Source of the DNA: Waterburya sp.
GTDB taxonomy: Bacteria > Cyanobacteriota > Cyanobacteriia > Cyanobacteriales > Xenococcaceae
Direction: 5' to 3'
Assembly (NCBI GenBank): GCA_965217895.1
Contig: CBDCJV010000002.1
Coordinates: forward strand, 3,584,001-3,648,000
DNA length: 64,000 nt
The translations under genes and the position numbers were made by a program. Shown here piece by piece: positions 31,025 through 41,808 of the stretch. Numbering within the stretch: the first letter of the stretch is position 1; each line of letters starts with the position of its first letter. The notes beneath the pieces were generated by a model. The model was not told the origin of the DNA, made no database searches, and worked only from the letters and a program-made list of their open reading frames with translations.

Positions 31025-32506
31025 CTAGTACGCGCCTTTGGCACGAAAAACTACTTGCACTGTTTGTAAAAGAATTTTGAAATCTAATCCTAAAGACCAA
31101 TTTTCGATATATTCAAAATCTAAATTGAATACCCCATCTGAGCCAGTATCTGAGCGTCCGCTAACTTGCCATAATCCAGTGATGCCAGGCAACACTTCTT
31201 GACGAAAAAAATGATTTTGAGTAAACTTAGCAACGTCTCTCACAGGAAAAGGTCGAGGTCCTACTAAGCTCATTTCCCCTCTTAAGACGTTAAATAGTTG
31301 AGGTAGCTCGTCTATACTGAACCGACGTAAATACTTTCCAACTCTGGTAATGCGAGGATCTTCTTTGATTTTAAATAAAATTCCACCCTTGATCTCATTT
31401 TGAGCTTCCAACTGATGCTGCAACTGGCTAGCATTGTCAACCATGGTGCGGAACTTCCAGATTTTAAAATGGTTGCCTTTTAAGCCAACTCGCGTTTGCT
31501 TGTAGAGAATTGACCCTGGAGAATCAAGCTTAATTATAGCTGCAATTACAAGCATTGGTAGACCAATAATCATTAACAAAATCAGTGAAACCAATATGTC
31601 AAAAATGCGTTTGCTGAAAAAATCAATGCCTACAATTGCTGAATGAGCAAATCTAATTGTGGGAACTCCCAAAATAGCGTCGATTTCTGCTTGTCTTGCT
31701 GGTAATTTAATATTGATTGGTAAGATTCGCCAATTGACACCAACAGTTCTAAGTTTCCAATATAAGCTAGTTGCACTCGCGATTGTTTCCCATGAACAGA
31801 TAAAAACCTCGTCAAGTTCTTTATAATCTACTCGGTCTAAAGCTAAGTATAAAGATTCATCATTGTCAAAATCTGATAAGTCCAATTGTCCTGCAATTAA
31901 ATAAACTTCGCTTGTTTCTAGCAAATGCTTAGATTTTTCTAACTCCTCAGAATTGCCAATCAACAATATTTTCTGCCGTAAAGGGTAATGTTTCTGGCGT
32001 ACATATGCCCAAATCCAGTTTAGACTCATGCGTTGAACAACAATTAGTGATGTGGTTACTATCGCTGCCACCAATAATTGATAAAAGTAACTGGTGGTAT
32101 AAAATCTGACAATAATCGGCGCTATAGATAAATGAGCCAAAAAAACTGCCTTAATTGAATTAAAGATATTCCTGCTTTTATCACCCTTACGGTATAAGTT
32201 AAAGGCATAAAACAGACAAAGCATAAATACCAAGACAGTTAGAAACAAACTAAGCTTTTCAGACTCTTGCCAGACTGTAGTTAAGCTAAATTGATGCCAT
32301 CTATGACCCAAAGAAATAGACCAGCCAAGGCAGAGTGCTAAACTATCCAGCACAAGCAAAACAATTATTTTGAATCTGTAGGAAAACTCTTTCTCGGCTA
32401 ATTTTAAATATCCTGGAGATCTAAGATCTCTACCCTTAGCTATCTCATTATTTAAATAATTTTTACCTACTCCATAGTCTGGAGTCCTGGAAAACTTGTC
32501 TAACAT
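31025..32506 (-). CDS. Priming undecaprenyl-phosphate sugar transferase (WcaJ/CpsE type)
   Basis: KRIFDI, KFRTM, DPRITRVG, DELPQL, SLVGPRP, PGITGLWQVSGR. Confidence 0.9.
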   Translation of the reverse strand: MLDKFSRTPDYGVGKNYLNNEIAKGRDLRSPGYLKLAEKEFSYRFKIIVLLVLDSLALCLGWSISLGHRWHQFSLTTVWQESEKLSLFLTVLVFMLCLFYAFNLYRKGDKSRNIFNSIKAVFLAHLSIAPIIVRFYTTSYFYQLLVAAIVTTSLIVVQRMSLNWIWAYVRQKHYPLRQKILLIGNSEELEKSKHLLETSEVYLIAGQLDLSDFDNDESLYLALDRVDYKELDEVFICSWETIASATSLYWKLRTVGVNWRILPINIKLPARQAEIDAILGVPTIRFAHSAIVGIDFFSKRIFDILVSLILLMIIGLPMLVIAAIIKLDSPGSILYKQTRVGLKGNHFKIWKFRTMVDNASQLQHQLEAQNEIKGGILFKIKEDPRITRVGKYLRRFSIDELPQLFNVLRGEMSLVGPRPFPVRDVAKFTQNHFFRQEVLPGITGLWQVSGRSDTGSDGVFNLDFEYIENWSLGLDFKILLQTVQVVFRAKGAY

Positions 32507-32874
32507 AACTTGGTAATTGGTTTAGTTTAAAGTTCTAAATCAAATCGCTTAAATATCAGGAAGTAGTCTTACCAACTACCAACTGCTTAATATAACTAGT
32601 TATAAAGCTAAATGCTCCAACTAACAACAATTTGACAGCATCCTAATTAAAGGATAATTGAGCTTCAAAAAACACTAATTAAGTATTTGCATAAATAATA
32701 ACTAAAATGATAACTAAGTGTTTCCATTTACGGAATAATACGTAAGTCATTAACAATGTATAACCTAAGCCTTATGGTGCTGTCAATGGCTTCACGTAAA
32801 ACTATCTCTTGCTTTACTCAAACTTTACTAGGCATGAAGATAATAGTTAAAAACTCTAAGTACAAAATGCGTAA

Positions 32875-35400
32875 CTAAAAAATATCTTTTCGTCGCTGTA
32901 TTATCAAAGCCATAGTTGTATAAATTAGGGTATGAGCAATCAAAATTCCCCAATTTAAACCGAGATTTTCCCATGTAGCATTGTATACAGGAGTGGATTT
33001 GAATATTTCATCCAGCATTTGGGGACTCAAAGTTGAGTTAGGCTTTGGTGCCATAGCGTTAATGTCTGCTAACGAACCATATGCTCCAATTGACCAGCGA
33101 CTAAGCATTAACCAAGAAAGTTTGCCAGACCAGCCTTCTAAAGTAAATAAAACTCCAGAAAAAATAATTTGGGGAATCATTATTAAAGGTAAAATACCAT
33201 TACCTTCATTTTCAGTTTTAACCAATGCAGAAAGCATCAAACTAAGACTAGTGCTAGCTAGCAGAGTCAAAAAAGTAGTGATAGCGAAACCGACTGACCA
33301 CGGGATTAAATTAGATTGAGGAGCTTTGAAAATCAGTAAGACTACAGCAGTAATTAAGATAGTTTGAGCGATCGCCAGACCACCACGAATAAAAAGTTTT
33401 GAAGTAACATAAGGCAATAAGCCGAGATTAAGTAGCCGTTCACGAAAATATATTGCCCTTTCCTTGACTATTTCGCGAATCGAGTTAGACAATCCGATCC
33501 AAATAGCCACACAGCTAAAGATAAACAGCAAGCGCAGTGCCAGAGAAGCCTGAGTAACGCTTGGAGGATCGACAATACTCAAAGGCTGCTCATTACGTAA
33601 CGGGAAGCCAGTTAGGGCAATAGTAACTGGCCCAGCCAGTAAAGTTAATACCAGACTAGTCCTATCTCTGCTGACTAACTTCCAGTAGCGTTGACAGAGT
33701 AAAAATAGTTGAGTCAAAGCTGAAACACCTGTTTTTGAGGCATTTGATTTGACTACCTGCTGATTTTCTTTGCCTGGAGAAAGAGAATTTTGAATATAGG
33801 TCTTATATTCTGGAGAATTAGTGTATTTTTCTGACCAATACTTGACTCTTTGGGCGATCGCCACTTTATTTTTGCCCTTATTAAGTTCAATGTAAATATC
33901 GGCAAAGTCGTCAAATTTCTCAGCTAGGAAATTACCTGAATGCTGTTGAAAAAAGCTGAGTGCTAATTTTGGAGGACCATAGTAACAAAGACTACCTCCT
34001 AAACCCAGAAAGGCAATGCGATCGCAAATATCAATATTATCTGTAGCATGGGTAACCAGGGCAATAGTCCGACCACGATCTGCCTGTTCTCTAAGCAAGA
34101 CCATCATTTCTTTGTCTAAACCAGGATCTAATCCTGAAGTAGGTTCATCTAAGAAAAAAAGCTTGGGATCGGCTAATAGCTCAACTCCAATACTTACCCG
34201 TTTGCGTTGACCGCCACTTAGCCTAGAAACCAAAGTATGACGAACGTGAGAAAGTCTGATCTGTTCTAAGGTGTTGCCAATTACCGTCTTAACATCTGTA
34301 TCAGGAGGAAGGCGTAACTGACAAGCACTACCTAACACCTCTTCTACAGTCAGGTCGCAATGGATAATGTCATCTTGGGGAACATAACCCACCTGAGAGC
34401 GGTAAATTGCCCAGTTCTGGCGGAGATTATCACCATTAAGATAAACATTACCAGAAGAGATAGGAGCAATACCTAATAGAGCTTTCATCAAAGTGGATTT
34501 ACCTGCACCACTGCCACCTACAAAAGCCACTAGCTGACCTGGTTCAAGCACCAGATCGACATTATTAAGAATCGTCAAAGTTTCGCCTTTTTTGTTTTTG
34601 AATCTAAAGATTAACTCGTGAGCATCGAGGCGAATCTGATTATTAGCGTTAGTTAACTCTAAAGCCTCTCCTGTAAAAAGTAGGACATAAAGACCAATTT
34701 GCACCGTATCCCCTTTGTTTAGTAGGTATCGCTTCTCTAGCCGATTACCGTTGACAAAAGTACCGTTGCTGCTATGGTCTTGCAAAAGATAGTTGCCTTT
34801 GCCATCGGGGTTAATAGTGGCGTGAAGACGAGATACCGTTGGCGCATCTAACTCCATGACAGAACTGCTATAAGGGTTTGGCGATCGCCCTAATTCTACA
34901 GGCCAATTCTGCAATCCTTTAAGATTTAAACGTCGTACCCTAGGCATAGTCATTTCACTACGCTTAGGATTATAGTAGGTCAAAATTATCTGCTGACGGG
35001 GATCTTGGCCTACCTGTAGTTGCTCACCGTTTTTGAGAATATGTCCTTGGGTAAGATTTATCCGTAACTGATTGATAAAAATACCATTACCGCTAGCTTT
35101 TTGACTGTGGCGATCGCCATCATAGATCCGAAAATTGTTACCTTCTTTGGCAATAATGGCTTGCCTACGAGAGATAACTTTCCATTCTCTAGGAATCTGC
35201 ATATTTGCCCACTCATGATCTCGTCCCAGATAGTTGATGTCCTGGGTCAGATTGAGAATCTTTTTTTGCCCCTGATTGTCTAACTCAATATACGGTCTGC
35301 CGACAGTTGCCAAAATCGTTTCTCTAGAGGATCTATCACTCATCGCCTGCAAATAAATCGTGATTTTAGTTAAATTCCTGATTTCTGACTTCATTCTCAA
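32875..35400 (-). CDS. FHA-FHA-ABC ATPase-ABC2 permease fusion
   Basis: Two FHA domains, GGSGAGKS, LSGGQ, DEPTSGLDP, C-terminal TM helices. Confidence 0.88.
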   Translation of the reverse strand: MRMKSEIRNLTKITIYLQAMSDRSSRETILATVGRPYIELDNQGQKKILNLTQDINYLGRDHEWANMQIPREWKVISRRQAIIAKEGNNFRIYDGDRHSQKASGNGIFINQLRINLTQGHILKNGEQLQVGQDPRQQIILTYYNPKRSEMTMPRVRRLNLKGLQNWPVELGRSPNPYSSSVMELDAPTVSRLHATINPDGKGNYLLQDHSSNGTFVNGNRLEKRYLLNKGDTVQIGLYVLLFTGEALELTNANNQIRLDAHELIFRFKNKKGETLTILNNVDLVLEPGQLVAFVGGSGAGKSTLMKALLGIAPISSGNVYLNGDNLRQNWAIYRSQVGYVPQDDIIHCDLTVEEVLGSACQLRLPPDTDVKTVIGNTLEQIRLSHVRHTLVSRLSGGQRKRVSIGVELLADPKLFFLDEPTSGLDPGLDKEMMVLLREQADRGRTIALVTHATDNIDICDRIAFLGLGGSLCYYGPPKLALSFFQQHSGNFLAEKFDDFADIYIELNKGKNKVAIAQRVKYWSEKYTNSPEYKTYIQNSLSPGKENQQVVKSNASKTGVSALTQLFLLCQRYWKLVSRDRTSLVLTLLAGPVTIALTGFPLRNEQPLSIVDPPSVTQASLALRLLFIFSCVAIWIGLSNSIREIVKERAIYFRERLLNLGLLPYVTSKLFIRGGLAIAQTILITAVVLLIFKAPQSNLIPWSVGFAITTFLTLLASTSLSLMLSALVKTENEGNGILPLIMIPQIIFSGVLFTLEGWSGKLSWLMLSRWSIGAYGSLADINAMAPKPNSTLSPQMLDEIFKSTPVYNATWENLGLNWGILIAHTLIYTTMALIIQRRKDIF

Positions 35401-35637
35401 CCAATATTTAAAATTTGAAGTGAAAAATTTTCAGAAAACTTAGAAATAATAGGCTCAATCAGACTATCTTGAAAGCAGCATTATGTAGTATTTTGAGTAA
35501 AGAATCAAAAAACATGACTAGCTTTTTAGATAATAATTTCAGCGTCAAACTTGCTTAAGAATGCTGAAAGAAATCTATAGGAAAGTGTATGGACTATTTC
35601 CCAATCAAAACTAGTACATTTATATCTTGGTCGATTA

Positions 35638-36828
35638 ATGATTCCTCGCCAAAATACAGTCGAAGTTTTTTCTACTTTTATCCAATTTGACGGCGATCGC
35701 TTTCATAGCTGGGCAACAGATGCTCATTTACGACGGAGTATGAGGCAATCCCTAGACAAAATAGCTTCAGGAAGTTCTCTTAGTTTCTGGGCGTTGTATT
35801 GGCATCAAATTTGGCGGGAGCAGCCTGAAGGACTAGCTAGAGATCATTTAGCTGCTTACTTACAAGAAGTCTGTTTCTGGTCAGCGACCAAAACTATAGG
35901 TGGCTTTACAAGCAGCCAATATACTATACCAGACTGTTTTCAGATGGCGATCGCCAGTGTTGACAAGGTTCTCAAAGGATTTGACCCAGAACGAGGATTT
36001 AAGCTTAAAAGCTATGCCAGCATTACGTTTAGCAACTTGATTCGCGAGCTATTGAGACAAAAGAAAGAAATTGACATTTGTTCTGACTGGTCGCTGTTAC
36101 GCAAATTAAGCCAAAAAAGAATGACAGAAGCCTTGGCTAGTGCGGGACTCGATTCTGAAGTAATTGCCAGCTATGTATTAGCTTGGAACTGTTTAAAAAC
36201 CATATATGTACCAAAACGCCCTAGTTCGACTCGCAAATTACCAAAGCCTGAACCTGAAACCTGGAAAGCGATCGCGCTTCTCTACAACCAAGAGCGTCAA
36301 AGCCAATTACAGCATCCCACACAAGCTGCTACTGCCGATAATATAGAAAAATGGATGCTAATTTGCGCCAAGGCTGCTCGTGCTTTTTTGTTTCCTAACG
36401 TTATATCTATTAATAAGCCTAAACCTGGATATGAATCGGGAGAAATTGTTGATTCTATTGTGGGTGAAGTAGAAGACTCTCTTTTGAGCGACATGATTGC
36501 TAAAGAGGAAGTATACCAGCGAAGTCAACAGCAAACAGATATTAATCAGTTTTTGACTGGTGCTGTTGCTCAATTAAAACCAGAATCGCAAAAGTTACTA
36601 GAGCTTTACTACTCCCAAGGACTCAAACAGGCAGACATTGCCCTGGAATTGAAAACTCAACAATACACGATTTCTCGCCAGCTATCTAAAGCCAGAAAAG
36701 TATTGCTAAAAGCTTTAGCACAATGGACTCAAGAAAAACTGCATATATCTTTGACCTCGGACGTACTCGACAACATAAGCTCATTATTAGAAGAATGGTT
36801 AGCTAGTTATTATGGCAGCGACCAATAA
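35638..36828 (+). CDS. Cyanobacterial sigma-70-like factor
   Basis: Region-2-like KGFDPERGFKLKSYA; region-4 HTH LELYYSQGLKQADIA..QYTISRQL. Confidence 0.75.
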   Translation: MIPRQNTVEVFSTFIQFDGDRFHSWATDAHLRRSMRQSLDKIASGSSLSFWALYWHQIWREQPEGLARDHLAAYLQEVCFWSATKTIGGFTSSQYTIPDCFQMAIASVDKVLKGFDPERGFKLKSYASITFSNLIRELLRQKKEIDICSDWSLLRKLSQKRMTEALASAGLDSEVIASYVLAWNCLKTIYVPKRPSSTRKLPKPEPETWKAIALLYNQERQSQLQHPTQAATADNIEKWMLICAKAARAFLFPNVISINKPKPGYESGEIVDSIVGEVEDSLLSDMIAKEEVYQRSQQQTDINQFLTGAVAQLKPESQKLLELYYSQGLKQADIALELKTQQYTISRQLSKARKVLLKALAQWTQEKLHISLTSDVLDNISSLLEEWLASYYGSDQ

Positions 36829-36854
36829 GAAAAAATATTTTAACTGGGAGTAAG

Positions 36855-38033
36855 TTGATGACCGCTGCCGACCAAAGTTTGTTTAACCCGACTCAATTAG
36901 TTTTGGAACTTGAGCCAGCTACAGCAGAAGCAGCTTGGAAAAGCCAAAATACTGCTAACTCCAATAGTCGCTGGCAAAGCTATCTCAATCAGATAGCCTT
37001 AAACGTCTTTTTACCTTGGTTACAGGCAGAAGAAGATGCTACAGCCAAGGCTGGTTTTAATAGAGCCACTCAGGCTGATATTTGGGAAATGGTCAACGGT
37101 ACGGCAATTAGGTTTAAAGATGCAAAACTAATTTTGATTCCCACCGAGACAGAGGATCTAAGCGAGTTACGAGTTGCTCAAGAATGGATTGACATTCCTG
37201 GATGGACAGCAGACTACTACTTAGCAGTGCAGGTGAATATTGATGCTGGTTATGTCCGCATCTGGGGTTATACAACTCACCAAAAGCTAAAAAATAACGG
37301 CATTTTTAGCCAAAGCGATCGCACCTATAGTTTAAATGATGATCGATTAATTACTGATCTAAATGTTTTATGGGTCGCCAGAGAGTTATGCCCACAAGAA
37401 GTCACCCAGGTTGCAGTTGAGCCAATTGCTCCTATCCCCCAGGTTCAGGCTGAAAATTTGATTGAGCGTTTGGGTAGCCAGTCTCAATTAATGCCTAGGT
37501 TGGCTGTTCCCTTCTTCACTTGGGCTGCTTTAATGCAAAACAAAACCTGGTGCCGAAATTTAGCCAAAGTCCGTCGCGGTGTCCCTGCTAAGGCTCCAAT
37601 ATTACAATGGTTACAGCAAGGTGCGAGCAGCTTGTCGGCAGAATTAGGCTGGAGACAGATTGAAATGACACCTAGTACCCTAGGTGCAAGAAGTGTAGCT
37701 ACTCCTGAAGCAACTAAAGATGTGCCTATTGTTGGTTTGGCAAAGCAAATTGCGATCGCAAATCAACCTTATGAATTAAGAATTTTACCCTTAAGCAAAG
37801 CAGGTTCATGGCGTTTTGAACTGTGCTGCCTAACTCCTGGCTGTATGATTCCCTCTGGCTTTAAGTTGAAATTGCTTACGGTGGATCTAAAGGGATTTGC
37901 AGGTAATGAAGATCTAGCCAACGAACCTGTAGAACAACTGTTGATAGAAGTAGACTTAGAGCCAGGAGAATCTTTAGTTTGCCAAGTAGAACCAACACCT
38001 GATAACTATCAAGCAGAAGTTTTGCAGTTTTAG
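36855..38033 (+). CDS. DUF1822 family protein
   Basis: WEMVNGT, LRVAQEWIDIPGWTADYYLAVQV, WGYTTH. Confidence 0.75.
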   Translation: MMTAADQSLFNPTQLVLELEPATAEAAWKSQNTANSNSRWQSYLNQIALNVFLPWLQAEEDATAKAGFNRATQADIWEMVNGTAIRFKDAKLILIPTETEDLSELRVAQEWIDIPGWTADYYLAVQVNIDAGYVRIWGYTTHQKLKNNGIFSQSDRTYSLNDDRLITDLNVLWVARELCPQEVTQVAVEPIAPIPQVQAENLIERLGSQSQLMPRLAVPFFTWAALMQNKTWCRNLAKVRRGVPAKAPILQWLQQGASSLSAELGWRQIEMTPSTLGARSVATPEATKDVPIVGLAKQIAIANQPYELRILPLSKAGSWRFELCCLTPGCMIPSGFKLKLLTVDLKGFAGNEDLANEPVEQLLIEVDLEPGESLVCQVEPTPDNYQAEVLQF

Positions 38034-38289
38034 GTAGGTTGTTTCTTTATCATTTTTTAATTAATTTTATTTACCTACCTAGATATTATTATGTCCGATA
38101 CAGAACAGATATTACTTGAAATTTATGCAAAACTGCTTTAAACAACGCAAATTAAGAGTCCCATTTAAATAGTCGGATTTACTAAATTGATTAGGTTTGG
38201 TTAGGTAACTAGATCTAGATGCTAGTTTAAGTTGGGTATTACTGGCGTTTGCCCAACTTTTTATCTCAAAAAATTTTGGTGTCAGCCGT

Positions 38290-38721
38290 TTGAATCATTC
38301 CAAAATAAAAGCAACAGAAACATTGAATAAAAAAGGTTATACCAGTGTTTCTTATGTATTGGTTGTTGCGGATAACCAAGATGATCTATATCTCATCGGC
38401 TATATTCTAGAAGGAATGAATCTCAAATGTTACGGAATTAGTGACAGCGAACGAGTTCTAGATTTAGCAAGAGATAAAACACCTGACTTTATTGTTTTAG
38501 ACATAGTTATGCCTAAAATGTCTGGATTCGATCTTATTAGGCAGCTTAAATCTAATATATTCACTAGAGATATTCCAGTTATTGCAGTGACAGGATTAAA
38601 TAAATTTTATTATCAATCAAAAATTGAAAGCGCAGGTTTTGATGATTGTATTTATAAACCTTTTGCTCTTGAAGACTTTAAAGCCAAGCTAAAGTCTTCT
38701 TTTGTAAAGTTTGATTTCTAA
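38290..38721 (+). CDS. Single-domain response regulator
   Basis: PDFIVLDIVMPKMSG, IPVIAVT, KPF. Confidence 0.8.
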   Translation: MNHSKIKATETLNKKGYTSVSYVLVVADNQDDLYLIGYILEGMNLKCYGISDSERVLDLARDKTPDFIVLDIVMPKMSGFDLIRQLKSNIFTRDIPVIAVTGLNKFYYQSKIESAGFDDCIYKPFALEDFKAKLKSSFVKFDF

Positions 38722-39070
38722 AAACCATCCTTTGCTATTTAAATCTTATTATTAAACGAATCAATATTATGTATTTAAGATAATATCTTCTGTTTTTAAG
38801 CCAATCGAAAATGCCATACTGGCTAGCTTAGTAAAGCTTAGTCTAAACTTGGTAATAATCTACAGCTATATTGCCTATAATTATAGTAGAACACTTTTTA
38901 GTTTTGAAACTAGAATCTGAAAAAATTTATCGGTCTTTAGATAGACGATCTTCATCCAAAGTCATGAGATATTGATATTAGGAAAAAAGTCTTTAAGAAT
39001 CGTGTTTCAGCAAAACTAAAGTCTTTTTTTATTAACATATCAACTTTCGATAAATGGCGAAAGAAAATTC

Positions 39071-40051
39071 ATGAATAGTACCTCTCACAAACGTGCTGCT
39101 GGTTTATTTCATAGTCGAGACAAAGCAGAGTCAGCAGTCCGCGATCTTAAAGATAGTGGCTACGATATGCACAAAGTCTCGATCGTCGCAAAAGATGCTG
39201 ACCAAATAGATGGTGTTGAAACCACGGAAAAAATAGGTAATAAAGCTGACGATGGTGCTACCACTGGTGCATTAACAGGCGGTACTTTAGGCGGCATTAC
39301 TGGTTTATTAGTTGGTTTAGGTACATTAGCAATTCCTGGTATTGGACCAATCTTGCTTGCAGGAGCAGGAGCAACAACCATCGCTACAACCCTCGCAGGA
39401 GCAGGTATTGGCGTAGCAGCAGGCGGATTAGTGGGTGCTTTAGTAGGATTAGGCATTCCTGAAGAGAAAGCCAAGATCTATAGAGATAGGGTCAAAGATG
39501 GCAGCTTTCTGGTGATGGTTAACGGCACAGAAGCAGAAATTGCTCGTGCAGACGCAATTATGCATCATCATGGTATTGAAGAATTCGGTATTTATGATGC
39601 AACCGTAGCAGAACCAACCGTAGGTGCAAACATAGCCCATATAGATGAAGATATTAAAACCAGAACTGATCTTGCTGACAGCGAAAAAATTAAGCTATAT
39701 GAAGAACGCCTGACGGTTAACAAACAGCGTGCCAAAACAGGAGAGGTTTCTATTGGCAAGCGAGTTGAAACCGAAACAGCCAACGTATCTGTACCTGTGG
39801 AAAAAGAGCGTCTTGTAATTGAACGCAAAAACGTCACAGGAAAAACAGTTAGTCCTGGAATTCACTTTGGAGATGGGGAAACAGTAAGCGTCGATCTTTA
39901 TGAAGAAACTGCCACGATTAATAAGCAAACTTTTGTTCGTGAAGAAGTTAAGGTTCACAAAGAAGTAGACCAAGAAACTGTACGCAAGAGTGAAACTATT
40001 CGTCGCGAAGAATTAGAGATAGATGAAGAAGGTGATGTAATCCGACACTAA
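39071..40051 (+). CDS. General stress protein (Gly-zipper) fused to DUF2382/YsnF
   Basis: GLGTLAIPGIGP Gly zipper; LYEERL..K..TGEV, REEV repeats. Confidence 0.75.
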   Translation: MNSTSHKRAAGLFHSRDKAESAVRDLKDSGYDMHKVSIVAKDADQIDGVETTEKIGNKADDGATTGALTGGTLGGITGLLVGLGTLAIPGIGPILLAGAGATTIATTLAGAGIGVAAGGLVGALVGLGIPEEKAKIYRDRVKDGSFLVMVNGTEAEIARADAIMHHHGIEEFGIYDATVAEPTVGANIAHIDEDIKTRTDLADSEKIKLYEERLTVNKQRAKTGEVSIGKRVETETANVSVPVEKERLVIERKNVTGKTVSPGIHFGDGETVSVDLYEETATINKQTFVREEVKVHKEVDQETVRKSETIRREELEIDEEGDVIRH

Positions 40052-40305
40052 ATCGGCTGTAATAACACGATTGTGCAAAATGCCCAGAAACATAATCTCT
40101 GGGTAAAAAATGGAACTAGATTCAACTTTATAAAAATTTAATAGAACTTACGCACCCAGTCTCAACTTGAAACTGGTAGGGATCAAAGAATTTATTTCGC
40201 CCACTCCTTCTACTAAAACCTTGATTTTGAATCTTCAACTTATGTTAATTCGATTACCACAATCGTTTAATCAACTGAATTTTTATCAAATTAAGAGGAA
40301 ATATA

Positions 40306-40758
40306 ATGAACAAACTAACAGTACTTTTAATGGGCAGTATTTTACTTTTCGGTACAGTGAGCTGTAATGCATCCAGAACAAGCTCAGATGCCCCTACTTC
40401 TAATAATGGCAAAGTAGAACAGGCAACAGACGTGAAAAATACAAAAGAAGACTCTAGCAGTAAAATTCGTCAAAATCAGTTAAATTCTGATATTCGCGCT
40501 AGAGAACAACGCAATGATATGGCTGGCGATCGCACTAAAAGAGCCGATGCCGATCTCGAAAGCGAAGTTAGGGCAAAGTTAGAAGCTAATATCCCTCGCG
40601 CCGAGCTGACTGTCAAAGCTAATGATGGTAATGTAGTTATTCTAGGAACAGTTCCCGATCAAAAAGAGTTCAATACCATTGAACCTTTAACCAAAGAAAT
40701 TCTTGGTGTTGATAAGGTCAATGTCAAAGGAGTTAAAATCGTAGCCACCAAATCATAA
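40306..40758 (+). CDS. BON-domain lipoprotein
   Basis: Lipobox-like TVSC; SDIRAREQRN, VRAKLEAN, GNVVILGTV. Confidence 0.75.
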   Translation: MNKLTVLLMGSILLFGTVSCNASRTSSDAPTSNNGKVEQATDVKNTKEDSSSKIRQNQLNSDIRAREQRNDMAGDRTKRADADLESEVRAKLEANIPRAELTVKANDGNVVILGTVPDQKEFNTIEPLTKEILGVDKVNVKGVKIVATKS

Positions 40759-40910
40759 GCAAGTCGATTGCTTTGTCAGTGAGGACAGTTGCAGTTGCTC
40801 TAATAATATCTGTTCTCACTAGTTTTGAAAATATAAGGATATGCCAGGCTAAGTTTGCAAGTAATCTGTGACTATTTAGAATCTTTATTGGGCAGTCGCG
40901 TAAGATATTG

Positions 40911-40939
40911 GCGATGCCTACGGCTAACTTCGTAATCGC
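40911..40939. repeat. HIP1 site split by a 21-nt SDR-like insert
   Basis: GCGAT[GCCTACGGCTAACTTCGTAAT]CGC. Confidence 0.65.
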
Positions 40940-40988
40940 CTAAATCAGCAATAGCTTAATTATTAACACAAAATACTTGGAGTTTTCT

Positions 40989-41285
40989 ATGTCTTCTTTT
41001 GATCGAGGTACTCTCGTAACCATCATTTGCGAAATGGTTTTACAAGACCGTTTAATTAAGTTAATGAAAACATTAAATGTCTCTGGATATACAATCATTC
41101 CAGCACAGGGAGCAGGTAGCCATGGTAAACGGATGGGAGATGTAGCAGGCTACAATACCAACATTGAAGTCAAAACAGTTGTTACTCCCGAAATATCCGT
41201 TCAATTGCTGGAAAATTTAGCAAACCTTGCCCAAAATCATGCTTTAATCGCCTTCAGGCAAAATGTAGAGGGTCTATTTAATTAG
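40989..41285 (+). CDS. PII-like (SbtB/DUF190-type) protein
   Basis: LVTIICE, SGYTI..AQGAGSHG, NIEVKTVV. Confidence 0.7.
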   Translation: MSSFDRGTLVTIICEMVLQDRLIKLMKTLNVSGYTIIPAQGAGSHGKRMGDVAGYNTNIEVKTVVTPEISVQLLENLANLAQNHALIAFRQNVEGLFN

Positions 41286-41384
41286 CATCAAGCATCATCT
41301 TAACAAGCCGATGCAAATTTTAATATCTAAAACTAATGAAAATTCTGCTCCAGCAATAAAATATAAAACAGCAACCAGCAACCC

Positions 41385-41452
41385 TAATGGGACAATAGTT
41401 AGGCTGTGAATTGTGTCAACTAGTTAAATTTAGTCAAAATGACTGCGATCGC
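41385..41452 (+). repeat. Imperfect direct copy of the glcE upstream region and start (partner 45930-46001)
   Basis: TAATGGGACAATAGTTA..CTAGTTA.ATTTAG.CAAAATGAC..TGCGATCGC in both copies. Confidence 0.8.
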
Positions 41453-41479
41453 CTCTCCTCTTTTTCTTCAGCTTTAACT
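41445..41479 (+). repeat. HIP1-anchored inter-module repeat A
   Basis: GCGATCGCCTCTCCTCTTTTTCTTCAGCTTTAACT. Confidence 0.7.
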
Positions 41480-41583
41480 TGCTATCAATAATTGGACAGA
41501 TTCAACTAGTAATAAACCACAAAGCTGTCTTGCAAAATTCATTTTGTTATTATAATGAATGTTATAATATTATACCGAATCAT

Positions 41584-41808
41584 ATGTATACACTCAAGTT
41601 AACTACAGTAGGTTCTTCAACAGGAGTTGTTATTCCTAAAGAAATGCTCAAAAGCATGAAGCTAGAGAAAGGAGATTCTCTTTATGCAGTAGAAACTCCC
41701 GAAGGATATGTTTTAACTCCTTACAATCGAGAAGTGGAGGCACAAATTAAAAAAGGTCGCATCTTTATGAAGCAGTATCGAGAAACTTTTAAAGCCTTAG
41801 CAGAGTGA
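41584..41808 (+). CDS. AbrB/MazE-family antitoxin
   Basis: LKLTTVGSSTGVVIPKE..KGDSLY; stop overlaps the toxin start (GTGA). Confidence 0.85.
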   Translation: MYTLKLTTVGSSTGVVIPKEMLKSMKLEKGDSLYAVETPEGYVLTPYNREVEAQIKKGRIFMKQYRETFKALAE

